From Octopus vulgaris (Eukaryota): a DNA stretch of 64,000 nt. The translations under genes were made by a program, and so were the position numbers. Of the stretch, positions 52,649 through 63,383 are shown one piece after another. The stretch spans positions 47,058,001 to 47,122,000 of the forward strand of contig OX597818.1 of assembly GCA_951406725.2 (NCBI GenBank), in the 5' to 3' direction. The notes under the pieces were generated by a model. That model did not search any database and was not told the DNA's origin. It was given only the letters and a program-made list of their open reading frames with translations. Each line of letters opens with the position of its first letter. The first letter of the stretch is position 1.

Positions 52649-54075
52649 AATGGTTAATAAGGGCTGTACAGGCTCTTTACAGAGAGGCCGTTAGTAAGGT
52701 TAGGATTGGCAATTAGTATAGTGAAGAATTCCGGGTAGAAGTAGGCGTCCATCAAGGTTCAGCCCTTAGTCCCCTTTTATTCATCACAGTCCTTCAGGCA
52801 ATAACAGAGGAATTCAAGACTGGTTGCCCCTGGGAGCTCCTGATGACCTGGCCCTCATAAGCAGAATCACTACCGGAACTAGAAAAGAAATTTCGTGTGT
52901 GGAAGCTAGGTTTAGAATCAAAAGGCCTTAGAGTCAATGTAGCAAAGATCAAAGTTCTAGTAAGTAGGAAGGCGAACTCAGGGGCAATAGACACCACAGA
53001 TACTCAGAAAACAGATTCCATTAGACTCCAGGGGAAAAAATAGAAGTTGTTGATAGTTTCCACTATCTAGGTGACCAAGTTAGTAGTGGGGGTGGGTGGA
53101 TGCTCAGAGAGTGTTACCACTAGAATAAAAATAGCCTGGGCTCAGTTTAGAAAGCTTCTTCCCCTACTGGCGACAAAGGGTCTCTTGCTCAGAGTGAAAG
53201 GTAGATTGTACGACGCATGTGCGAATTGCCGTGCTTTACAGCAATGAAACATGGGCTGTGACTGTGGAGGACATGCGTAGACTCAAAAGAAATGAAGCTA
53301 GCATTATCCGCTGGATGTGTAATGTCAGTGTCCATGCATGACAGAGTGTAAGCACTGTGAGAGAAATGTTGAACATAAGAAGCATCGGATGTGGCGTGCA
53401 GGAGAGATGTTTGCGTTGGTATGGTCATGTACTATGGACGGATGAGTAGAGATATGTGAAGAAGTGCCACTCCCAAATTGTTGAAGGAATCCGGGGTAGA
53501 GATAGACCCAGGAAGAGATGGGAGGAGGTGGTCAAGCATGACCTTCGAACGTTGGGCCTCACAGAGGCTATGATGAAAGACCGGGACCTCTAGAGATATG
53601 CTGTGACTGCAAAGACCCGACAATGAAGTGATTTCATGGCTTGCAGGATGGCCTGCTGTGCTAACCTTGGATCGTAGGGTGACCCGCTGTGCTTGAGGAG
53701 ACTTATTGAGTCAACATACATCAAAATAAAAATCGAATGGAAATTGTAGTTATCATATCTGTGCCGGTGGCACATAAAAAGCACCATCCGAACGTGGCTG
53801 ATGCCAGCGCCACCTGACTGGAATCAGTGTAGGTGATACGTAATAAGCACCAACCAATTGTGGCTGTTTGTCAGCCTCCTCTGGCTCCTGTGCTGGTGGC
53901 ATGTAAAAATCACCCACTACACTCGCGGAGTGGTTGGCGTTAGGAAAGGCATCCAGCTGTAGAAACACTGCCAGGTCAGACTGGAGCCTAGCGCAGCCTC
54001 CTGGCTTCTCAGACCTCGGTCGAACCGTCCAACCCATGCTAGCATGGAAAATGGACGTGAAACGATGATGATGAT
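52649..54075 (+). mobile_element. 5'-truncated RTE-clade LINE, same family, with (GAT)n tail
   Basis: Collinear with the reverse complement of 18105-19680, with deletions. Confidence 0.9.
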
Positions 54076-54951
54076 GTATCAGTCAGAGTAGTGTCCTCAT
54101 CTTGGTTGTTCTTGGTTGTTGCTTTTACTATGTTTCAGCTTTGTATGCTCTAACCTTCTTCAGGTGTCTTGTGATTTGTCTGGGATTGAACTTTGAACTT
54201 CTATTTGACTGCACTACATTAACTAGCACCTTTATCCACTACTCTGAGAGAGATATTGCAAAAAGCAATGACCCACTAGCAAGAACCGTTGACTTTTTTT
54301 GAAAGGGTTTTGTTGATTGTAGCAACTTGACTCCTGCTTCTTAAAAACTCACACATCCACTCATCTACATTTCCAGTCACGCTGAGATCACGCAGCTTAT
54401 GACATATCATTCCACAACTTTGTTGAAATCCTTTGCAAAGTTGAAATGCACTCCATCTACATTTGACTTATTGAACATCTATCTACTTCAATATTTAATC
54501 ATAATGCTGTAAAAACAGTGTGAGGTAGCATCTACTTTGATGGAAAATGTGATGATTGTCATTTTCTTCTGGAAATAACCAATTTCTTTCTGATAATTCA
54601 TTCCATAACCTTGCTATGTAAAATCAAAAATAGATCTATAAATTTTAACATGTATTCTGCTTCCTCACTGATGTAAAGGACAAAGAGCTCCTTTTTAGCT
54701 TTTTAGGGAGCTTGTCTTTTGCAAGAAAGCTTTAGAAATGTATCAGCAGTGATTTTGCTAAAGGATTTTTGCATGTTTTTTGGATGTTAGGAGAACATCA
54801 TAGCCTGTTTCTAAGTTAAGGTTCATGTTATCTATAACAGATGTCACACTTTTAATTATTTATAACATATAATTTGAATTGAATTCCATACTTGAAATTT
54901 AATTTTAATTGATGTAATTATTATCAAACCACTAATATTTTCTCATTGTAG

Positions 54952-55092
54952 TCTTCAAAACAGTTTGATTTTACTGAAAAACTCCAGCATCTTAGGCGCC
55001 GTTTTGGAGACCCCACTTTAAAAATTGCAAACACTCCACTGAAAAATCTAAGTGGTTCCGATCACAAGTTAAATCGTGGAAAAGTTAATTTG
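54952..55092 (+). CDS. Internal coding exon of the same gene (SSKQFDFTEKLQHLRRRFGDPTLKIANTPLKNLSGSDHKLNRGKVNL)
   Basis: Branch-like ACTAAT plus TTTTCTCATTGTAG acceptor, 141 nt open in phase 0/0, GTAAGA donor. In frame with the previous exon; unique sequence among repeats. Confidence 0.8.
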
Positions 55093-55331
55093 GTAAGATT
55101 TTTTCATTTTCTTATCTATGTATTTTTAATGTTGGCACTTTAGTAACTATCCCTTTAACTCATTATTTTTTTATAGTTAAGATACTTGATTATAAATTTC
55201 AATGAGATAAAAAAATTTTTTTAAATGGCATAGATGTAGATGTGTGGTAAGAAGTTTGCTTCTGAACCACATGATTCTGAGTTCAGTCCTGCTGCATGAT
55301 ACCTTGGGCAAGTTTTTTTTTACTATAGCCT

Positions 55332-55674
55332 ATGGTCAATGTAGGGAGTAAACCCCGACAGAAAATCCGGAGCTGGAGTCCCTAAGGTGGCCTGACACAA
55401 CACGTCATCACTGGCAACTCCTGTGACGCATCTGGTACCAAGCTGTATCGACCCGTCGTTCTCTTGGAGCTACCAGCTGCGTGGAGAGGGGGGATCAAAC
55501 TGCATGGGCAACAGCTGTTCCCTCGTACAAACCTGCCCAGGCCTTGTAGCTCAACAGGAAGAGGACTGGTCTGCACAGCCACACCAGGAAGTGCAGATAA
55601 ACCAATCACCTTTCCCGAGCTACATCATCGTCTCTCGAGGCGGACGGATGCCGATGGCGGGGATGGTCAATGTA
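55332..55674 (+). mobile_element. GC-rich ~330 bp insertion with 12 bp flanking direct repeat, RTE 5'UTR-like, inside a SINE
   Basis: ATGGTCAATGTA at 55332 and 55663; interrupts a family-A SINE. Confidence 0.55.
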
Positions 55675-56919
55675 AGCCTCGTGAAGACTTCAGCTGCACA
55701 CATAAGTGTTTCAGAAAAAAAATGCATTAATGAAATTATGATGTATATTTTCTGCCTCATTTCTTTATTTGGCGGCCAGCCTTCCGGCCGTTGCCAGCCT
55801 CGTTTGGCCCCTGTGCCGGTGGCACATAAAAAGCACCATCCGATTGTGGCCGTTTGCCAGCCTCGTCTGGCTCCTGTGCAGGTGGCACATAAAAAGCACC
55901 CACTACACTCTCGGAGTGGTTGGCGTTAGGAAGGCCATCCAACTGTAGAAACACTGCCAGATCAGACTGGAGCCTGGCGCAGCCTCCTGGCTTCCCAGAC
56001 TCCGGTTGAACCGTCCAACCCATGCTAGCATGGAAAACGGACGCTAAACGATGATGATGATGATGATGATAGTCAGCTTCAAATGAAACAAAATCTCTTA
56101 AGATCATAACACTTTATTTTAGCTTATGCTTTGTGTTCTCTTGGTAGTTTCTTCCAAGTCTCTTTACATTTCTGTTTGTGTCATACTTATCAGTGACAAG
56201 TGAAAATATCACAGTCTGTTTACATAAACTTATGAAAAATTCCTTATGGTATGTTGGCAATTATGTGGGGAGACCACATCACCTCATGATACCGCCTTCC
56301 CCGGCCTACATACCCTCTTCCCTCCTACTATGTGTCTTATAATATTTAAATGACTCTGTTTCCTTTATGAAACGTTTTTAATTGTCTGAAGAAAGATTCT
56401 CCTAGAAAGATGAAAGGAATGTTAAATTTTTATCTCTTATCTGCTACCTGGAATGGGTGTATGCCAACAAAACTACAGGGATGGTATCCTAAGCTGATAG
56501 CCAATTGCAGTCACACAAAATATAGTCAGCAAGATGAGCTTTACATCCTGTATCGTAAATCTCATGAATTATAAACAACTATGCTGTTGATCTGAAAGAG
56601 GATAAATTGAAATATGATAGTCACATAATGTAGTTTATATGTGATAAGCTTATGGTTTCATACTTGTTTCAGTATAGTGTTACAGCATTGTAATTACATA
56701 CATTTTCCCTACAAAAACTTTTTAACCTATTAGCATTTAAGTTGGCCATACCAAGCCCTAATATTCAACCAGTTTCATGTTTAAATCAGCCAGATCCAGC
56801 CTCTCACACCTACCCTACAATATCATCGCAAAAAATAAACAATTACATCATCAAAATCGGAAAGATAAGAAATAATGCATGGTTAATTCAAAACAATGTG
56901 AATAAGTAAGTTGACAAGT

Positions 56920-57418
56920 GGAGGCGCGTGGCTTAGTGGTTAGGATGTTGAACTCATGATCGTAAGGTCGTGGTTTCGATTCCTGGACTGGGCGATGCGT
57001 TGTATTCTTGAGCAAAACACTTCATTTTACATTGCTGCAGTCCACTCAGCTGGCAAAAATGAGTAATCCTGCAACGGACTGGCATCTTGTCTAGGTGGGG
57101 AATTTTTACACCATTGAAACCGGGAAACCGGCCCTTATGAGCCTGGCATGGCTCGAGAAGGAACATTTTGTGGAGGCGCGTGGCTTAGTGGTTAGGGTGT
57201 CAGCACCATGATCGTAAGATTGTGGTTTCGATTCCTGGACTGGGCGATGTGTTGTGTTCTTGAGTAAAACACTTCATTTCACGTTGCTCCAGTCCACTCA
57301 GCTGGTAAAAATGAGTAATCCTGCGAAGGACCGGCGTCCCATCCAGGTGGGGAACTTCTACGCCACTGAAACCGGGAAACTGGCCCTTGTGAGCCTGGCA
57401 TGGCTCAAGAAGGAACAT
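56920..57418 (+). mobile_element. Tandem dimer of tRNA-derived SINE family C
   Basis: GGAGGCGCGTGGCTTAGTGGTTAGG heads at ~56920 and ~57172; monomer at 2592-2842(-). Confidence 0.85.
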
Positions 57419-57944
57419 TTTTTTTTTTTTTATATTTGACAAAGTAAACTGAATGCTAAAGGATTGAAATATCTTTCAATAAATGCATAATGAACCACAC
57501 TAACCTCGCTGCCCCTTCCACAAAATATACTTTTAAAATAGGGAAGTATTTTATGTGAGTGCATTTTTTTTTATATGCCAGCAAATCAGTATTTCATTTG
57601 TTTTATGGGCCTGAAGTAGAAGACCCAGCAATGGAAAGATAACTTTCTTGATATCTTACTTCAAAGGCCTCTTAAATAACTTCTTTGGGAATATTTTTCT
57701 ATGAACTTTATCAAAGGATAAGTTGCTGCTTGAAAAGATTTAAATTCTTCTATATTACACTATTGTTCTGCAAGCTTATAAACAAGGAGTGGCTGTGTGG
57801 TAAGTAGCATGCTTACCAACCACATGGTTCCGGGTTCAGTCCCACTGCATGGCACCTTGGGCAAGTGTCTTCTACTATAGCCTCAGGCCGACCAAAGCCG
57901 TGTGAGTGGATTTGGTAGATGGAAACTGAAAGAAGCCCGTCGTA

Positions 57945-58015
<71 letters not shown>

Positions 58016-58688
58016 TTGTGTGTCTGTGTTTGTTCCCCCAGTCATCACTTGACAACTGATGCTGGTGTGTTTGCGTCCCTGTAACTTAGCAGTTCAGCAA
58101 AAGAGACCAATAGAATAAGTACTAGGCTTACAAAAAAAATAAGTCTTGGGGTCGATTTGCTCGACTAAAGGTGGTGCTCCAGCATGGCCACAGTCAAATG
58201 ATTGAAACAAGTAAAAGAGTAAAGAGTAATCACCTCAAACATTTATGGTGTGTGCCAAACTTAATTTCATCTGTGTAGGCTACTGATGGATTATGTCTCT
58301 AAGTTTCCATAGATTTGAAGCTTTTGAGATCTATACAGCTACTTCTATATGGAAACAATTACAATAACAAAAAAAAAGACACTAGATCTGGAACCTTTCA
58401 TGCAAGTTTTCACCCTCTTTGTAACACTGACTGCTCTGTGCTCAACTGCTATTGGCACAGAACCATTCTCTGTTTCAAAGATCTTGTTTGAATTATTTGC
58501 TACTCTTTTACTTGTTTCAGTCATTTGACTACGGCCATGCTGGAGCACCGCCCTTAGTCGAGCAAATCGACCCCAGCACTTATTCTTTGTAAGCCTAATA
58601 CTTATTCTATCATTCTCTTTTGCCGAACCGCTAAGTTACGAGGACGTAAACACACCAGCATCGGTTGTCAAGCGATGTTGGGGGGGGG

Positions 58689-58731
<43 letters not shown>

Positions 58732-59755
58732 TATACATATAATCGGGCATGGCTGTGTGGTTAGGGAGCTTCCTTCCTAACTACATGGTTTTGGGTTCAG
58801 TCTCACTGCGTGGCACTTTGGGCAGGTGTCTTCTATAGCCCCGAGCTGACCGGAGCTTTGTGATTGAATTCGGTAGGCGGAAGTTATTGCTGTGTGTGTA
58901 TGTGTGCGTATAGCTGCTCAGTGCCTCTCCGAAAGAGAGAGAGGGATATACGATGGGCTTCTTTCAGTTTCCGTCTACCTAAGGCTATAGTAGAAGACAC
59001 TTGCCCAAGGTGCCATGCAGTGGGACTGAACCCAGAACCATGTAGTTGGTAAACAAGCTACTTACCACACAGCCACTCCTGTGCCTACTATTGGCAAGAT
59101 CTACACACACGGTTGGCTGCATCTTGGCTTGTACCTGCAGCTACCTCACATACCATACCACTGTGACCTCTGAGTCATTTTGGCATTTGATATGCATGCG
59201 GTTTGACTTGTCAGTGTCATGTTGCAAGTTGATGGGCTTGATAATATAATGTGTCAGACAAAATACTTGGCAGGTACTCTTTCAGCTCTTTACATTTTCA
59301 GTTTAAATTCTGCTGAGGACAACATTACCTTTCATGTACCAGTTGAGTACTGGGGGTCTGTGTAATCAACTAACCTGCCCCCACCCTCTGAAATTGCTGG
59401 CTTTGTGCCAAAATTTGAAACCATTGTTAAAGTTAACTAGGGAGCCTCTCAGTTGTAATTCAATCTTCAACAAAGAGCTGCCTAATCTCCCTCAAACTAA
59501 ACCTTTTTGTTTTAAGGAAGCCCCCAAATTTCTGAAATCTTTTAACCATTCATGTTAGAAGTGAATATCCGTATTTTTATAGATTCTTTGATATAGTAAA
59601 TAAAAATGGCATATTTCTTCAAGGAAATTGATATTTGTAAAATAATTATGAAAAAAAAAAAAAAAGAGAAGGACCTGTTTTAATCAGTATCTCACTAATG
59701 AACCAGCATTGTTTTAATTTGTTTTTATTAATCAGAAGTCCTCTTCATTTCCTAG

Positions 59756-59858
59756 GTGAGGCAGAAAATAAACCAGTCTTATGCTGTTATGCACAGAACT
59801 GTGAAACAACCAACTGAAACTTCTCAGTCAGAAAGACCTTTGTCCGAAAACGATTCAG
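59756..59858 (+). CDS. Internal coding exon of the same gene (VRQKINQSYAVMHRTVKQPTETSQSERPLSENDS)
   Basis: CTCTTCATTTCCTAG acceptor, 103 nt open in phase 0/1, CAG|GTAAAT donor. VRQKINQSY and SENDS resemble the segments I recall preceding the uDENN domain of DENND2/ST5 (inference). Confidence 0.78.
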
Positions 59859-60405
59859 GTAAATGCAGACAAATTTTGCTCTTTCTCATTAATTTTGTTG
59901 CGCTCTGTCGGTTATAACGACAAGGGTTCCAGTTGATCTAATCAACGGAAACAGCCTGCTTGTGAGATTAACTTGCAAGTGGCTGAGCACTCCACAGACA
60001 CATGTATCCTTAATGTAGTTCTCAGAGAGGTTCAGCGTAACTCAGGTTGTGTTAATGCTGGCCCTTTGAAAGACAGGTACTTCTCAGCTGAGCAGACTGG
60101 AGGAACATGAAATGAAGTGTCTTGCACAAGGATGCAACATGTTACTGGGAATTGAACTCATGACCTTATGAGCGTGAGCTGAGTACCCTAACCACATAAG
60201 CCATTTGCTTCCACGCTATTGTAGATAAAGTTTTCCTCTCAACTCTTATGATTTTGTATTTGTGTGGTTAAGAAAGTCGCTTTGCAAGCACAAAGTTTCA
60301 ATCCCAATTGAAGTACCTTGGGCAAGTGTCTTCTACAGCCCCAGGCTGACCAATACTTTGTGAGTAAATTTGATAGATGCTAACTGAGTGGAAGCTCTGT
60401 GTGTA

Positions 60406-61477
60406 TGTTCCACGTCTCTGTCCTTCTGTTGTAACAAAATGTCTTCTCCGTTTTCGTTCTGTTGATTTTTTCGTCTTCTTGTGATGTCCTGTACGTATAT
60501 ATATATATTTATATATGCATGTATATATACATATAGATGTCGGTACGTACATATATGTTTGTATGTATGCATATATTTTATTTATTACACTATTGTCTGA
60601 CCGCTTCGCGTCGGGTTCGTTTGAATTTTCGATTTTTCGAATTCTCACTTCGTTCCGTCTCCTTCCTCCTTGTCCGTTTTTACAGTTTACTACAATGATG
60701 CGAAACTCTCTCCCTTTGCTTTAACTTCCCCTCTCTCTCTCTCTTGCTCTCTCTACCTCACCCTTCTCTCTAGCCTGTGTTATCCTCTATCTGTCTCTCT
60801 CTCTCTATCTGCTCCTCCTCACTTTCATCACTGCTAAACCTTTCCACCTGTTGCATTCAGGCCATAAGGTCATGTTTCCTCACGCTCGCCAGTTACCTTC
60901 TCATCCCAGCCAGAACAAAGGCCTCCGTTCATCTTTTTCGTTTGTTCTCTTGTTTATTTTTGTTTTCTCGTATTGTAGTTTAATTCTCATTATGTATTTT
61001 CGTGTACATGTATCTTTAATTTTGTATTATTTTTTTCTTGTATGTATTTTTTTGTGCAGTTCTTTGTTACGTACCTTTTTGTGTTACATTTTTCTTGCTC
61101 GTTTACCCCTGTACGAGTTTATTTTATTTTAATTCTCTCGTCGGAAGGCCTAGCTTGACCTTACGTCTTCTGTCTCTGCCTTCGAAACACGTGTCTGCTA
61201 GCGACAGCTGATGAAGGGGATTTTTCCTTGTGTAGCATGTCCTGTACTTCGTTTTTCTGCTGCACATAATTGTTTTTCCCGTTTTCGTTTTGTCTTGTTC
61301 CACGTCTCTGTCCTTCTGTTGTAACAAAATGTCTTCTCCGTTTTCGTTCTGTTGATTTTTTTCTTCTTCTTGTGATGTCCTGTACGTATATATATATATT
61401 TATATATGCATGTATATATACATGTAGATGCCGGTACGTACATATATGTTTGTATGTATGCATATATTTTATTTATT

Positions 61478-61480
<3 letters not shown>
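60406..61480 (+). mobile_element. Non-coding element with ~185 bp direct terminal repeats (PLE pseudo-LTR or retrozyme-like)
   Basis: 60406-60589 is nearly identical to 61296-61480 (period 890). No credible ORF. Hammerhead half-cores at 61178-61245. Confidence 0.6.
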
Positions 61481-61504
<24 letters not shown>

Positions 61505-61516
<12 letters not shown>

Positions 61517-61785
61517 TAGAAAAAAAACCCACCTTTTATCAATTCAATAACGAAAAATTGAATTATATCATTTAGAAAAATTACATATTATAGAAAGATT
61601 AAATATCTTTCTATAATATGTAATTTATCTAAATGGTATAATTTAATTTTTCATTATTGAATTGATAAAAAGTTTTTTTTTTCTCTAATTTATATATATA
61701 TATATATTATATTTTGTGAAATTTGATTTAGTATTTCTAAATTGAATTTTCCCCAGTAAGTTTGGAATTATATTCCCTCATATTA
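61505..61785. repeat. AT-rich fold-back (~95 bp arms) plus a tail shared with 9503-9725
   Basis: AATTAGAAAA...AGAAAGAT pairs with ATCTTTCT...TCTAATT; tail GTGAAATTTGATTT...GGAATTATATTCCCT. Confidence 0.85.
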
Positions 61786-61886
61786 TTATTATTATATATA
61801 TAAAAATGCGTGTGTGCAACAAACTAGAGAAAATCGTCTTACCTCCAGGGAGAACATCTGAAAGATGAAATACCTGGAAAAGGATA

Positions 61887-61964
61887 ATGTGGGACCTGCA
61901 GGTTTCAGATTTTACAAGATATGTCTACCACCCATATCTTGTTCTATCTTTATCAGCCAAGCAT
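61887..61964 (-). ncRNA. Inverted copy of the hammerhead with a G8>A core mutation (probably inactive)
   Basis: Reverse complement of 62132-62209, but the core reads CTGATAA (change at 61951), breaking the C3-G8 pair. Confidence 0.7.
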
Positions 61965-62131
61965 ATATGTATTTTTCCCTCACGGGCTATTCTTTACTGG
62001 AAGGCGATACTCTAGTATTGCATTACTAATTTATTGAAGCTTCTTCACCATTTTCCGTACTGTTGGCGTTCGGTGTTTCAGTCGAGGGTAATAGCATTAA
62101 TGTGGTAACATCGTAGATTTTGTCATGGTAT

Positions 62132-62209
62132 ATGCTTGGCTGATGAAGATAGAATAAGATATGGGTGGTAGACATATCTTGTAAAATCTGAAACCTGCAG
62201 GTCCCACAT
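62132..62209 (+). ncRNA. Type I hammerhead ribozyme, canonical core, palindromic stem III
   Basis: CTGATGA 62140-62146; stem II AGAT/ATCT extended by AAGATATG/CATATCTT; GAAA 62190-62193; stem III ACCTGCAGGT (palindrome); GTC cleavage triplet 62201-62203; stem I TGG/CCA plus ATG/CAT across a 2-nt bulge. Confidence 0.8.
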
Positions 62210-62398
62210 TATCCTTTTCCAGGTATTTCATCTTTCAGATGTTCTCCCTGGAGGTAAGACGATTTTCTCTAGTTTGTTGCACACATGCATTTTTGCTAAT
62301 ACATACGCGGTGAAGCTATACATTAGCGTCGTATTTTTACGTTCGCTATTTCCAGTAAATATCGGTACTTAGTTGTGCCATTTATTTACTACTTTGTG

Positions 62399-62449
<51 letters not shown>

Positions 62450-63150
62450 GTGTGTGTGTGTGTGTTTCCCCAGACTCAACTGCTTAACAACCAGTGTTGA
62501 TTTGTTTGTGTGCCTATAACTTACCAGTTCAGCAAAAGACACTGATGAATTAAGTACCAGACTGAAAAAAATAAGTACTGGAACTGATTTGTTCAACTAA
62601 ACCCTTCAAGGCAGTGCTCCAGCATGACCACAGCCCAAGTATTGATACAGATAAAAGATAAAAGATATATTTTATATTTATGAGACTTCATTGTTCATTC
62701 TAAAACTCTGTGCAGCTGTAGAATAAATCATCAGTTTTGTATGAATCTGTTGATTTACTCCATTATTGAGTACTCTTGAGTATTCTTTTTCTCATTTGCA
62801 GTTCTAAACATAAATTGTGTGTTTGTTATTAATCCTTAACGCATTCCATTGTTGGCTACACAAATGTTCATAGTTTTCGGTTCAACCTTGATCTTTTGAA
62901 CCATCTCCAACTGAGAGACAAGTCTTTCATGCTTTATCTCTAAGCTCTCTCTTCTATCCAGGCTATATTCCAACTTCTCTCTGAAAGATGATGTCTGTTC
63001 CAATGTAAGATTCCATTCTCTCTCTCTCTTTCTCCGCTGAACATCAGCAACAAAGACTTCTATTTACTCTGCTACAAGCACTCTCTTTCCCTTTACTGTA
63101 AGTTCATCTGTTATCTTTGTCACTCTTTGAATTCCCCCAAATCACCATTA

Positions 63151-63383
63151 TGGTGGCGAACTGGCAGAAACGTTAGCACGCCAGGCGAAATACTTTGCGG
63201 TATTTCGTCTGTTTTTACGTTCTGAGTTCGAATTTCGCCAAGGTCAACTTTGCCTGTCATCCTTTCGGGGTCGATAAATTAAGTACCAGTTACGCACTGG
63301 AGTCGATGTAATCAACTTAATCCCTTTGTTTGTCCTTGTTTGTCCCCTCTATGTTTAGCCCCTTGTGAGCAATAAAGAAATAA
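63151..63383 (+). mobile_element. tRNA-derived SINE family B, Meta-domain-like (representative copy)
   Basis: TGGCAGAAACGTTAG...GAGTTCGAATT boxes and GCCT.TCATCCTTTCGGGGTCGATAAA.TAAGTACC domain. Other copies ~505(-), 6602, 10541(-), 26076, 32273(-). Confidence 0.85.

Larger units (their letters stand above)
61802..62294. repeat. Long inverted repeat (166 bp arms, ~160 bp spacer) carrying the hammerhead; PLE-type inverted pseudo-LTR
   Basis: 61802-61967 is the reverse complement of 62129-62294, with about three mismatches by eye. Confidence 0.9.

Noticed and set aside
52625-52665. Apparently shared 5' truncation point of two RTE copies
   Set aside because: The 19.7 kb copy extends ~25 nt further; only a small fold-back (TTAACCA/TGGTTAA) marks this junction.
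54122-54170. Minus-strand CTGAAGA...GAAACATAGTA hammerhead-like motif
   Set aside because: Stem I does not pair, stem II has a G-G mismatch, and it lies in decayed LINE-like sequence.
56380-56430. CTGAAGA...GAAA motif
   Set aside because: Stems II and III are not convincingly formed.
1714-58084. Recurrent short ORFs such as LPNPLTRLW, YQIHSQGF and FLQLDALPNANH
   Set aside because: Translations of SINE and RTE 3' UTR repeats, not genes.
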